Source: Alkalispirochaeta sp. (GTDB lineage Bacteria > Spirochaetota > Spirochaetia > DSM-27196 > Alkalispirochaetaceae). From it: a stretch of DNA of 64,000 nt. Below, one piece after another: positions 9,375 through 18,075 of this stretch. The notes below the pieces were generated by a model. That model was not told the DNA's origin. It was given only the letters and a program-made list of their open reading frames with translations, and did not search any database. The stretch covers positions 1,088,001 through 1,152,000 of the forward strand of contig OZ271854.1 of NCBI GenBank assembly GCA_965601925.1, given 5' to 3'. The position numbers and the translations under genes are program-made. Numbering within the stretch: the stretch's first letter is position 1; each line of letters opens with the position of its first letter.

Positions 9375-10918
9375 GATGCATCTCCTTGGGCGTCGGCTAC
9401 ATCGGATGAACGCTCGATCAGCCGGTCGTCGGTCGCCTCTCCGGTGAGCTCGCGGCGTAGGATTTTGCCGGTCGCGCTCTTTGGAAGGCTTTCGACGAAC
9501 TCGACGAGCTTGGGAACCTTGTACGCCGCCAGGTTGGCGTGACAGTACTCGGTGATGGCGCTCGTCTCGATAGTCTCTCCCGGTTTCAATACGACGAACG
9601 CTTTCACCGCCTCGCGGTCGCGCTTGTCCGTCACCGCGACGATCGCCGCCTCTTCCACCGCGGGATGGGTCATGATCGTCTCCTCCACCTCCCGCGGGGA
9701 GATGTTAAACCCGCCGCGAATGATGAGATCCTTCTTGCGATCGGTAATGAAGTAGTACCCGTCAGTGTCCCGATAGCCGAGATCGCCGGTGTGAAACCAC
9801 CCCTCCACGATCGCCTCCCCGGTCGCCTCCTCGTTTTTCCAGTAGCCCGGCGTAACGACTGCGGCGCTGATGACGATCTCGCCGACCTCGCCGTCGCCGA
9901 GGATGGTGCCGTCGTCGTCCATGATCGCCATCTCGACCGGTCCCGCGGGCGGCCCGATCGATCCCTCCTTGTACGCATCGCCGCTCGGATTGAGGCTGAC
10001 CGCGGAGGTCGTTTCAGTGAGGCCGTACCCCTCGTTAATGCGCGTCTGAAAGAGCTCCTCGAACTCGCGGATCGTCGTGACCGGAAGCGGCGCACCGCCG
10101 GAGACGCACGTATGGAGCGAGGTGGGGATCGATGTGTTTCGCACGCGCGCAAACTGCAACAGGTGCTGGTACATCGTAGGAATCGCGATGAGAATCGTGG
10201 CGTGATTCTCGCTGATCGCATCCAGAAGATTGCGTGGGGAGTAGTGCGAAACGAGGATCATCGTCGACGCATTGAAGAGTCCCGCAACCAACCCGTTGGA
10301 TAGTCCGTAGACGTGAAAGAGCGGCAGCACGAGCACGACACGATCGTCTTTGGTCATCTCGAATATCGTCGGGACGACCTCGGCGCACTGCGAATGGAAG
10401 TTGCGGTGAGTGAGCATCACGCCTTTCGGCTTGCCGGTCGTACCGGAGGTGTACAGCAACACGGCGGGCTGTTCGAGATCGACCTCCCTCGCCTTGAAGC
10501 GGTCGGAGGAGCGGACCATGAGCTCCGCCAAGTTGATCGTATCGACCGGCGCGGCGCCCGATCGGCCGCTTCGCGCCTGCTTCGCGACCGTGATACCTTC
10601 TTGCTGTGCGGCCTCTTGGTCTATGCGAAGGTCGGCGCCGGCTACCATACCCTTGCCGGTGACGCCCTGAACGACGACCGTGTCGGGCAACCGTTCATTC
10701 GACAACATATATTTACCGGCGATTCGCCCCTCCGCGAGGCCGGTTGCGTACGCGACGATATCCGCCGCGTCACCGTCGGGATTGTAGAGAAGTCGCCACC
10801 CCGGATGCGTTGCGTCGGATTCGGTCGAACCGTCGCCCTGTAGACTCTGCGTGTCTCGTCCCTCGGGACGCTCCGACGGGGCCGGTCGACCCTTTTTCCG
10901 TCTTCCGAATAGTGCCAT
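9371..10918 (-). CDS. fusion: N-terminal half of an LplA/BPL-like domain + catalytic C-terminal part of a long-chain acyl-CoA synthetase
   Basis: Intact ANL motifs 'YTSGTTGKPKG', 'EGYGLTE', 'WFHTGDLG', 'RKKDLIIRGG', 'LPKSATGKILR'. The usual ~135-aa ACS N-terminus is replaced by 'WRLLY...PDTVVV...IDQEAAQQEGITVAKQARSG', which resembles the LplA N-terminus. Confidence 0.8.
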   Translation of the reverse strand: MALFGRRKKGRPAPSERPEGRDTQSLQGDGSTESDATHPGWRLLYNPDGDAADIVAYATGLAEGRIAGKYMLSNERLPDTVVVQGVTGKGMVAGADLRIDQEAAQQEGITVAKQARSGRSGAAPVDTINLAELMVRSSDRFKAREVDLEQPAVLLYTSGTTGKPKGVMLTHRNFHSQCAEVVPTIFEMTKDDRVVLVLPLFHVYGLSNGLVAGLFNASTMILVSHYSPRNLLDAISENHATILIAIPTMYQHLLQFARVRNTSIPTSLHTCVSGGAPLPVTTIREFEELFQTRINEGYGLTETTSAVSLNPSGDAYKEGSIGPPAGPVEMAIMDDDGTILGDGEVGEIVISAAVVTPGYWKNEEATGEAIVEGWFHTGDLGYRDTDGYYFITDRKKDLIIRGGFNISPREVEETIMTHPAVEEAAIVAVTDKRDREAVKAFVVLKPGETIETSAITEYCHANLAAYKVPKLVEFVESLPKSATGKILRRELTGEATDDRLIERSSDVADAQGDAS

Positions 10919-10924
10919 CTTCAA

Positions 10925-10953
10925 AAATTATGCGATGAATAGGCGTAGGTCAA
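10925..10953 (-). promoter_or_regulatory. sigma70-like promoter TTGACC-N17-TAATTT for the split ACS/LplA pair
   Basis: -35 at 10953-10948, -10 at 10930-10925; ATG (10918) is the 7th base after the -10; no SD. Confidence 0.55.
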
Positions 10954-11297
10954 TAAAAAAACGGTCGCCGACCGAGTTAAAATTATAAAAGGGGTCGTTT
11001 TGTGCCCGCGGTCACCTCGATGCCGCGTTCCACCGGCGCGTCCGAAAAGTCCACCCCGAAAGTTGGAGCACGAGACGGACGCCCGGCCGGCCGCCGCCGA
11101 CTTCGCCGACGGAGCAAGGTCGCCGTCGAAGCGATTGAAAAAAGAAGGCTCGACGTGGCGCTGTCTGTACGGGATCCTCCCGGGTATGATTCGGTCATAA
11201 CGTGACGGAGGTGTGATATGCAACGAGTACTCGGCTCATCGAATATCAAAGTGAGCGCCATCGGCATGGGTGAAGTGATCTGCGTCGAGAGGGAGCC

Positions 11298-11990
11298 GTG
11301 ATGAAGGAGAAACCGGTTATCACCGCCGGGGAGGCGGTGGGCCACATACGGAACGGCGATACGATCATGGTGGGAGGCTTCATGGGAGTCGGCTCGCCTC
11401 CGGGACTTCTACGCTCTCTCAGGGAGTCGGGACGACGGGATTTAGTTCTCGTCTGTAGTGACAATGGTCTGTACCTAGGAGACGAGGACGAGGCGACCGG
11501 CGTCGCGTTGAACGTGCGGGCGCGTCAGTTTCGCCGCATCGTCTCCAGTCACATCGGCCTCAACAAGGAGACGCAGCGACAGATGATAACGGGCGAGACC
11601 GAGGTCGAGCTCGTTCCTCAAGGAACGTTGGCGGAACGCATACGAGCCGCCGGTGCCGGTCTCGGCGGTATCCTCACCCCCACCGGTATCGGGACTGAGG
11701 TTGCCGACGGCAAGGACGTGCTTCGGGTCGCCGGCCGCGACTACCTCTTGGAGCTCCCGATCCACGCCGACGTGACCCTTATCCGAGCGGCCAAGGCCGA
11801 CAGAGGAGGAAACCTCACCTACGCCGCCTCGGCCCGGAACTTCTGCCCCTTGATGGCTACGGCGGGTCGTACCGTCTTGGTGGAGGCGGACGAGATTGTA
11901 GAGGTCGGAGCGCTCGACCCGGAGGAGATCGTTACCCCCGGGATCTTCGTAGACTATCTGATTCAACGCGATGCGGGAAATGCGGTATGA
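11298..11990 (+). CDS. atoD: 3-oxoacid (acetoacetate) CoA-transferase subunit A
   Basis: 'GDTIMVGGFMGVGSP', 'PQGTLAERIRAAGAGLGG', 'NF.PLMATA', 'TPGIFVD'. Confidence 0.88.
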   Translation: MMKEKPVITAGEAVGHIRNGDTIMVGGFMGVGSPPGLLRSLRESGRRDLVLVCSDNGLYLGDEDEATGVALNVRARQFRRIVSSHIGLNKETQRQMITGETEVELVPQGTLAERIRAAGAGLGGILTPTGIGTEVADGKDVLRVAGRDYLLELPIHADVTLIRAAKADRGGNLTYAASARNFCPLMATAGRTVLVEADEIVEVGALDPEEIVTPGIFVDYLIQRDAGNAV

Positions 11991-12649
11991 CATACACTCC
12001 GGACAAGACGAAAATCGCTCGACGGATCGCCGGTATGTTTTGTGACGGTGATGTAGTGAACCTGGGGATCGGGTTACCCACATTGGTGGGCAACTACATT
12101 CCCGATGACGTGGAGATTCTCCTCCAGTCTGAAAACGGCTTCCTCGGTTTGGGGCCGCAACCGCCCGCGGGGGAGGAGAACCCCGACCTCATAAATGCCG
12201 GGGCCGTCCCGGTGACCATTCTTCCGGGCGGGTGCTTCTTTGATTCCGCAGTCTCGTTCGGTATCATCCGCGGCGGCCATATCGACTATACGGTCCTCGG
12301 TGTTTTGGAGGTCGACCAGGAGGGCAACATCGCGAACTACAAAGTACCCGGCACAATGGTGCCCGGTATGGGGGGAGCCATGGATCTATTGACCGGTGCG
12401 CGGACGGTGATTGCCGCAACGGTTCATTTGGATAAGTCGGGTAACTCCAAGATGGTTACGCGGTGCTCTTTGCCCCTCACCGCCGCCGGAGAGGTGAATT
12501 ACGTGGTTACCGATGTCGGGCTGTTTGAGGTGGGAGAACGTCACTTCATCCTCAAGGAGTATTTTGCCCCGGCGACTCCGGAATGGATTGCGGAGGTGAC
12601 GCACGCCTCGGTTGCCGTCGCCGCCGATTGCCGGGAGTACCGATTCTGA
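11987..12649 (+). CDS. atoA: 3-oxoacid (acetoacetate) CoA-transferase subunit B
   Basis: 'VNLGIGLPT', catalytic 'QSENG', 'GMGGAMDL'; ATGA overlap with subunit A. Confidence 0.88.
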   Translation: MTYTPDKTKIARRIAGMFCDGDVVNLGIGLPTLVGNYIPDDVEILLQSENGFLGLGPQPPAGEENPDLINAGAVPVTILPGGCFFDSAVSFGIIRGGHIDYTVLGVLEVDQEGNIANYKVPGTMVPGMGGAMDLLTGARTVIAATVHLDKSGNSKMVTRCSLPLTAAGEVNYVVTDVGLFEVGERHFILKEYFAPATPEWIAEVTHASVAVAADCREYRF

Positions 12650-13521
12650 TACGAAATATCGCGTTCTTTCGGTTGCCGGGATCGACGCCGAACTCGATAA
12701 GGGCGCATCGTGCTCCCGGCGCGACGGAATCCGGGACGTCCCGCGGGGGGACGAGTTAACCCTCCCCTCGGGCTCCACGCCGGTACCGTCGAGAGGTCGA
12801 AGCGTCGGAGTCGGGGTTCTCCGTGACCCGTCGGTACTAGTCTTTTCGCACGGTGCAACGTGCTCCGGTGTGTACTCCCGGCGGAAGTACGCGGTCCGGC
12901 TCACCCCGCACCGACGCCCGGGAACTACACAGCTCGGCCGCTGCGGTACGAAACACGTCGTCGGGATCGTGTCGTCCCGATCGTCTCCGTCGTAGAGGTC
13001 GCATCGTTCGTCGTAGTGCTCGATAAGCGCCGTCTCGGAACGCGACGCGATTCCCGGGGCTCTTGAGCGGGTCGGCATCGACCGGGACGCATTAGAAGTT
13101 GCGGGGGGTATGACCTCCGGCCATCGGTACATGGAACGGTACGCACCGATCGACGAACACTGGACGGCCATAGCCCACCAGTACCGCGCCGGAACTGCGT
13201 ACGCGTACGTCGTCTCGGGGGGCATCGATAGCGATCGCGATTCGTTACCCTCGGCGGCGCCGAGCGCCTTTGCGGAGCTGGAGGCGCTGGTGCGGAGTCA
13301 AGCGCGCGGGAGGAGTGAAGGGCACGGCCACCGATGTCGTGCGCTTCGGAACGCTCTTTCTGGAGGGCGGTCGCGACGAGTGCGCGAGTCGCATCGCTTC
13401 GCGTGGGAGGAACTCAATCCATGGTCGGCCGTCGACCGGCGGGAGGCGAGTGAGGTGAAGTCGTCGTACGATAGGCCGGCATCGGACGAGAGCGTGTGCC
13501 CCGGCGGTCGATCGTGACGAC

Positions 13522-14532
13522 CTAACGCCGCACGGCCGCCGGCGGGGCGGTCGAGTCGCGCACCAGCAGTTCCGCCTGTCCGTCGTACTCCACGTTGGAT
13601 ATCGGGCGATCGTCGACGATATCGAATAGCATCGACGCCGCGGTCCTGCCGAGTTGATGGCGTGGGACGTGAATCGTCGTGAGCGTCGGACGAATCATCG
13701 TCGCGAGGGGGATATCGTCGAATCCGGTGATCGAGACCTCGTCCGGCACACGCACGCCGCGGTCGAGGCACTCGAGCATGGCGCCGACTGCCACGACGTC
13801 GTTGTAGCACGCCACGGCGGTAACGTCGTGTTCCAACATCTCAGCCATGGCTCGACGTCCCTCTTCTACCGTGAGGCGCTCGGTCTGCACCACCAACCGC
13901 GGATCAAACGCAATGTCGTTCGCCGACAATGCAGCACGGTAGCCGTTGAGTCGTTCGCAGTTACCCTCCCGACGAAAACCGAGATGACCGATAGCGCGAT
14001 GGCCGATCTCGACGAGATACCCGGTTGTGCGATACAGACCGTCGTTTCCCGGTATATGAAGGGTCGATGCGTTCCGTGGATGTTGACTGGTGATCACGAC
14101 GACGTGGTGGCGTTCGGCAATGGCACTCAGCTCTTCCTCGCCGAGGCGTGTGCCGCACAAGATCAAGCCGTCGACCTGCTTGTCCGCCATCGTCTCGATC
14201 AAGACGCGCTCCTGGGAGGGATCCTCGTCGGTATTTCCCAGCAGGACGCTGTATCCGCCGGCCTTGCACGCCTCTTGTACACCGTTGATGAACTCCGGGA
14301 AAAACGCGTCGGTGATCTGAGGGATGATCGTGGCGATTAGATGACTCTTACCCATCACCAGCGTTCGCGCCACGGCGTTCGGTCGGTATCCGAGCTCCTC
14401 GATGATGCGTTGCACCCGTTTTCGCGTATCTTCCGATATTTCGCCTTCGCCGTTGACGACTCGCGAGACGGTACGAATCGAGACGTTGGCATGACGGGCG
14501 ATATCTTTGAGCGTGGCTCGATTCTTCGGCAT
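13522..14532 (-). CDS. LacI family transcriptional regulator
   Basis: 'ATLKDIARHANVSIRTVSRVVN' HTH, 'LGYRPNAVAR', 'SITGFDD', 'PTLTT'. Confidence 0.95.
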   Translation of the reverse strand: MPKNRATLKDIARHANVSIRTVSRVVNGEGEISEDTRKRVQRIIEELGYRPNAVARTLVMGKSHLIATIIPQITDAFFPEFINGVQEACKAGGYSVLLGNTDEDPSQERVLIETMADKQVDGLILCGTRLGEEELSAIAERHHVVVITSQHPRNASTLHIPGNDGLYRTTGYLVEIGHRAIGHLGFRREGNCERLNGYRAALSANDIAFDPRLVVQTERLTVEEGRRAMAEMLEHDVTAVACYNDVVAVGAMLECLDRGVRVPDEVSITGFDDIPLATMIRPTLTTIHVPRHQLGRTAASMLFDIVDDRPISNVEYDGQAELLVRDSTAPPAAVRR

Positions 14533-14565
14533 CGTTGTTCTTCTCTTCGGTGTAGTGTAGCCCGT

Positions 14566-14583
14566 TCCGCCGACGTTGGCAAT
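14566..14583. promoter_or_regulatory. 18-bp LacI-type operator TCCGCCGACGTTGGCAAT (probable autoregulation)
   Basis: Imperfect CG-centred palindrome just upstream of lacI; same arms as the 30-bp sites. Confidence 0.6.
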
Positions 14584-14639
14584 TTCGTATTTCAGCCGGC
14601 CGATCACGATTCCAAAACGTGAAGTATCGACATCATTCC

Positions 14640-14704
14640 TTGACAATAAACGTCTCCGTGGTAGTATGAGGATGTCCGCCAACGTAAACGTTTAGGTTGG
14701 CGGA
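14640..14704 (+). promoter_or_regulatory. sigma70 promoter (TTGACA-N16-TAGTAT) followed by 30-bp palindromic operator (14675-14704)
   Basis: TCCGCCAACGTAAACGTTTAGGTTGGCGGA is a near-perfect palindrome. Confidence 0.75.
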
Positions 14705-14753
14705 GCTTGTTTTCGCCGTTCAGCACCGATCAGGATCGAAAAAGGAGACCTAT

Positions 14754-16112
14754 ATGAAAAACCTATGGACCGTTTTTTTTGTTGCGCTGTTCCTCGTACG
14801 GTTCGCAGCGCCCGCGTTTGCAGGAGGGACCGCCGAAGGTGGTGAACAACGGGAGACGGTAGAGATCACCGTACTGCTGGCCGCCTCGGACGTCGGCGCG
14901 GATGTGCTGGAGATATACAACGAGATGTATCCTCACGTGCGCGTGAACGCCGAGCAGCACAACTGGGAGAAGCTCGGCGCCATGGTGACCTCCGGCGACA
15001 TCCCCGCCGTGACGGCCATGACCCAGACACGCGTGGCGCGCTTCGCCGCGATCGGTGCGATCGCGCCGATTGACGACTTAGTCGAGCGCTACAGCGAGAT
15101 CGAGGTGAGCGATTTCATGCCGAGCGAAGAGGGTTGGATTCTCGATGAGAACTTTCTTGCGGGCAACGGCGGATCGCGTTACGGGATCTCCAAAGACTGG
15201 AACCTTACCGAGGACTTCTTCTATCGCAGAGATATCTTCGCAGAGGCGGGCGTGGCGGAGCCTGCGGAAAACGAGCTCCTAACCTACGCGGAGTTCCGTG
15301 AGATGCTCGAGCAACTGGCGGTACGGGAGAACGACGTCACCCGACGCTGGGCCGTCGACGGGTATCTCTTTGCCGACGTCACGGCGGCGTTTCGCACGCT
15401 CCTGTACACCGCGGGAACCGATGTTTACAACGGTGAGATGACGCGCGTCGATATCTCGGGTAACGACGAGGCGTTGCGCGTGTTGCGATTTCTCCTCGAT
15501 CTCCAACGAGACTATCTTGCGCCGAGCGTGATCGACCCGGCGCCGGTGTGGGCGTTGCCGCTCATGAACAACATTGAGGAGAGTCCCCTCGCGATAATGC
15601 AGTGGGGCCAATGGGCGCTCTCTTCGATTCTGGAGGAGCCGGAGGAGTTGATCGAGAACGTCGCCTTTGCCGAGGGGCCGGTGTGGAGTACTCAGGTCGA
15701 GGTGCAACTGTTCCACCCCTCGGTGGGCTACTCCATCGGCGCCGGGCTCACGCCGGAGCAGGAGGAGGCGGCGTGGGACTTCCTGGAGTTGCTTACGTAC
15801 GGCGAGGTGGGGCGTTACCGGGCCGAGCAGGGATGGGGCTTTCCGGCCTTTCGCTCGATGATGGAGCTCGCGCCGCGAGACAACGCCCTCGCCGACCAAG
15901 TGTGGCGTGTGTCGATGCACCAAATCGAAAACCAACAGTTCGACGTCTTGGGGTGGACGCCGTACGCGTCGTTCCCGCTACAGACGGCTATTAACGCCAA
16001 TCGCGACGCGTATCTGCGCGACGAGATCTCTTTTGATGAGTTCGTCCGTATCGTGGAGACGGAAGCCAACGAGGCGTTGCGTCGCGGCATCGAAGCCTTG
16101 GCCGCCGAGTAG
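14754..16112 (+). CDS. carbohydrate ABC transporter substrate-binding protein (paralog 1)
   Basis: RBS AAGGAG; signal peptide ending 'AFAGGTAE'; 'FFYRRDIFAEAGV', 'EAAWDFL'. Confidence 0.9.
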   Translation: MKNLWTVFFVALFLVRFAAPAFAGGTAEGGEQRETVEITVLLAASDVGADVLEIYNEMYPHVRVNAEQHNWEKLGAMVTSGDIPAVTAMTQTRVARFAAIGAIAPIDDLVERYSEIEVSDFMPSEEGWILDENFLAGNGGSRYGISKDWNLTEDFFYRRDIFAEAGVAEPAENELLTYAEFREMLEQLAVRENDVTRRWAVDGYLFADVTAAFRTLLYTAGTDVYNGEMTRVDISGNDEALRVLRFLLDLQRDYLAPSVIDPAPVWALPLMNNIEESPLAIMQWGQWALSSILEEPEELIENVAFAEGPVWSTQVEVQLFHPSVGYSIGAGLTPEQEEAAWDFLELLTYGEVGRYRAEQGWGFPAFRSMMELAPRDNALADQVWRVSMHQIENQQFDVLGWTPYASFPLQTAINANRDAYLRDEISFDEFVRIVETEANEALRRGIEALAAE

Positions 16113-16168
16113 TTCGCATTGGTTACAAGCGGGATGAAGCATATGCACGGATCGGCTCATGACGCGGT

Positions 16169-17125
16169 GTGCGTCTCGCGGGAATCGGCACATTGAGCTT
16201 TCAACGCAGACGACGCAACCGGCGCGCATTCTACGCCTTCATCGCTCCGTGGTTGTTCGGTATCGTCTTCCTCAGCCTCTTCCCGCTGTTGTGGGGTCTG
16301 GTATTCAGCTTCTCCAACTATACGGGACTCACGCTCCGCAATATGCGCTGGGTCGGTTTCGAAAACTACATCGAAGCGCTCGGCGACGCGGCGTTTCGCC
16401 ACGGTCTGACGCGTACCGCCGTGATCACCGTGATCGCCGTACCGCTCAAAGTGGGACTCGGCTTGATGCTCGCACTCCAGATGCAAAAGGTCCGTCGGGG
16501 TGTGGGCGTCTTTCGCACGCTTCTCTATATACCGGTGATGCTTCCGATCGTGGCCCAGGTATTCATCTGGAACGCGATCTTTCACCCGACGGCCGGCTTT
16601 CTTAACGGGCTGTTGAACGTGTTCCTCGACGGCGTGCGCATCAACTGGGTCGCCGACTACTCGTCGACTCTGCTCATCGCGCTCTTTACGTGGGGGGTCG
16701 GTGAGACGGTCGTAATCTTCTTTGCCGCGCTGATGACGCTCCCCGACGATCTACTGGAGTCGGCGCAACTCGACGGTGCAACGCGTTTCGCCCTGCTGCG
16801 GCACGTCAAGCTGCCGTTGATGTCGCCGATCGTCTTTTTGCAGGTCGTGATGAACCTGGTGAAGTCGCTGCAACTGCTCACGCCGGCGATGTTGTTGATT
16901 CCACCGGGCGCTCCCATGGCGCGCAGTGGACGCCTCTCGACGTTGGAGGTCCCGACGCCTAACCGCCTTGCGCTCATCCACATCTACGAAGAGGCGTTCG
17001 TACACAATCGTTTCGGCTATTCACTAAGTCTGTCGTGGATCTTCTTCGTGCTCACCGCGCTCGTGGGCGTCCTCTTCTGGAGAGTCAGCCGCAACCATAT
17101 CTACTACGAGACGGACATCGACTGA
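16169..17125 (+). CDS. carbohydrate ABC transporter permease (MalF-type)
   Basis: 'FIAPWLFG', 'WVGFENY', EAA loop 'LLESAQLDGA'. Confidence 0.92.
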   Translation: MRLAGIGTLSFQRRRRNRRAFYAFIAPWLFGIVFLSLFPLLWGLVFSFSNYTGLTLRNMRWVGFENYIEALGDAAFRHGLTRTAVITVIAVPLKVGLGLMLALQMQKVRRGVGVFRTLLYIPVMLPIVAQVFIWNAIFHPTAGFLNGLLNVFLDGVRINWVADYSSTLLIALFTWGVGETVVIFFAALMTLPDDLLESAQLDGATRFALLRHVKLPLMSPIVFLQVVMNLVKSLQLLTPAMLLIPPGAPMARSGRLSTLEVPTPNRLALIHIYEEAFVHNRFGYSLSLSWIFFVLTALVGVLFWRVSRNHIYYETDID

Positions 17126-17136
17126 AAGGGAACGCC

Positions 17137-17985
17137 ATGAGTGTTACGACGACTCGGAAAACAGAAAAGATCATCGCCTACGCCGTTCTCATCGTCGTCG
17201 TCGCCGTCGTCACCATCCCCTTGATCTGGCTCGTCTTCGGAGCGCTTAAGAGCGATCGTGACTTCGCCTCGATGACGCCGCGCCTCTTTGCGCGCGAGTT
17301 TCAGTGGCGCAACTTCATCGACGTGTTCGGCCGGGCAAGCTTTCTCCAGGGGTTTCGTAACTCGTTGGTGATGGCGACGATCTATACCTCCCTCGCGGTA
17401 ATGGGAAGCAGTATGGCCGGATACGCCTTTGCCCGTATTTACGTCCCGGAGCGGCGCGCAATTTTCACCTTTCTCTTTCTCACGATGTTCCTTCCGATGA
17501 TCGTCACCCTGATCCCCTCCTACCTGCTGTTCACCTTCTTGGGAATCGCCGGTTCATACTGGCCGTGGGTCTTGTGGGGTATCGGCGGGAACCGCCTCAT
17601 CATCTTTCTCTTTCGACAATTCTTTGCCGGTATGCCGAGATCCTTGGAGGATGCGGCGATGATCGACGGGTGCGGCCCCTTTCGCACCTTTGTGGCGATC
17701 ATGGCGCCCAACGCCGCCTCGACCTACGTGCTGTCGATCATTTTTCTATTTACGTTCATCTGGTCCGACTTTCTCACTCCGTTTCTCTACCTTCCCGTGG
17801 AGCTTCTGCCGTTGGCGGTGGTCATTCAGACGGGACTCGACCCGCCCTACACCGCCTACGGCGTGATGGACATCCCGATGAAGCTCACCGCAACCGTGTA
17901 CTTCATCGTACCGATCGTCATCTTTTTCTTCTTGGTGCAAAAGAAGATCATGAAGGGCGTGGCGACCACCGGTATCAAGGGATGA
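17137..17985 (+). CDS. carbohydrate ABC transporter permease (MalG-type)
   Basis: 'MAGYAFAR', EAA loop 'SLEDAAMIDGC', C-terminal 'GIKG'. Confidence 0.92.
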   Translation: MSVTTTRKTEKIIAYAVLIVVVAVVTIPLIWLVFGALKSDRDFASMTPRLFAREFQWRNFIDVFGRASFLQGFRNSLVMATIYTSLAVMGSSMAGYAFARIYVPERRAIFTFLFLTMFLPMIVTLIPSYLLFTFLGIAGSYWPWVLWGIGGNRLIIFLFRQFFAGMPRSLEDAAMIDGCGPFRTFVAIMAPNAASTYVLSIIFLFTFIWSDFLTPFLYLPVELLPLAVVIQTGLDPPYTAYGVMDIPMKLTATVYFIVPIVIFFFLVQKKIMKGVATTGIKG

Positions 17986-18075
17986 GTAGCGGCGTGCGGG
18001 ACGCCGCTCTCTCTCCCGGTCGCCGGCGTTCGTACCGGGTGCGAGACCATCGAAGCGTACACGAGCGTTGACGCA

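Noticed and set aside
8955..10600. Recombination-site repeat at the two junctions (ATCACCGGTCAGCG vs ATCACGGTCGCG; shared CCGGTC)
   Set aside because: Very short, gapped and out of frame; expected by chance in GC-rich DNA and too short to explain a repeat-driven misassembly.
8460..10918. Split intein explanation for the split acyl-CoA synthetase
   Set aside because: No Hint motifs: the segment after ACS-N starts with Gln rather than Cys/Ser, there is no His-Asn before ACS-C, and the extra segments resemble LplA in the opposite N/C arrangement to a split intein.
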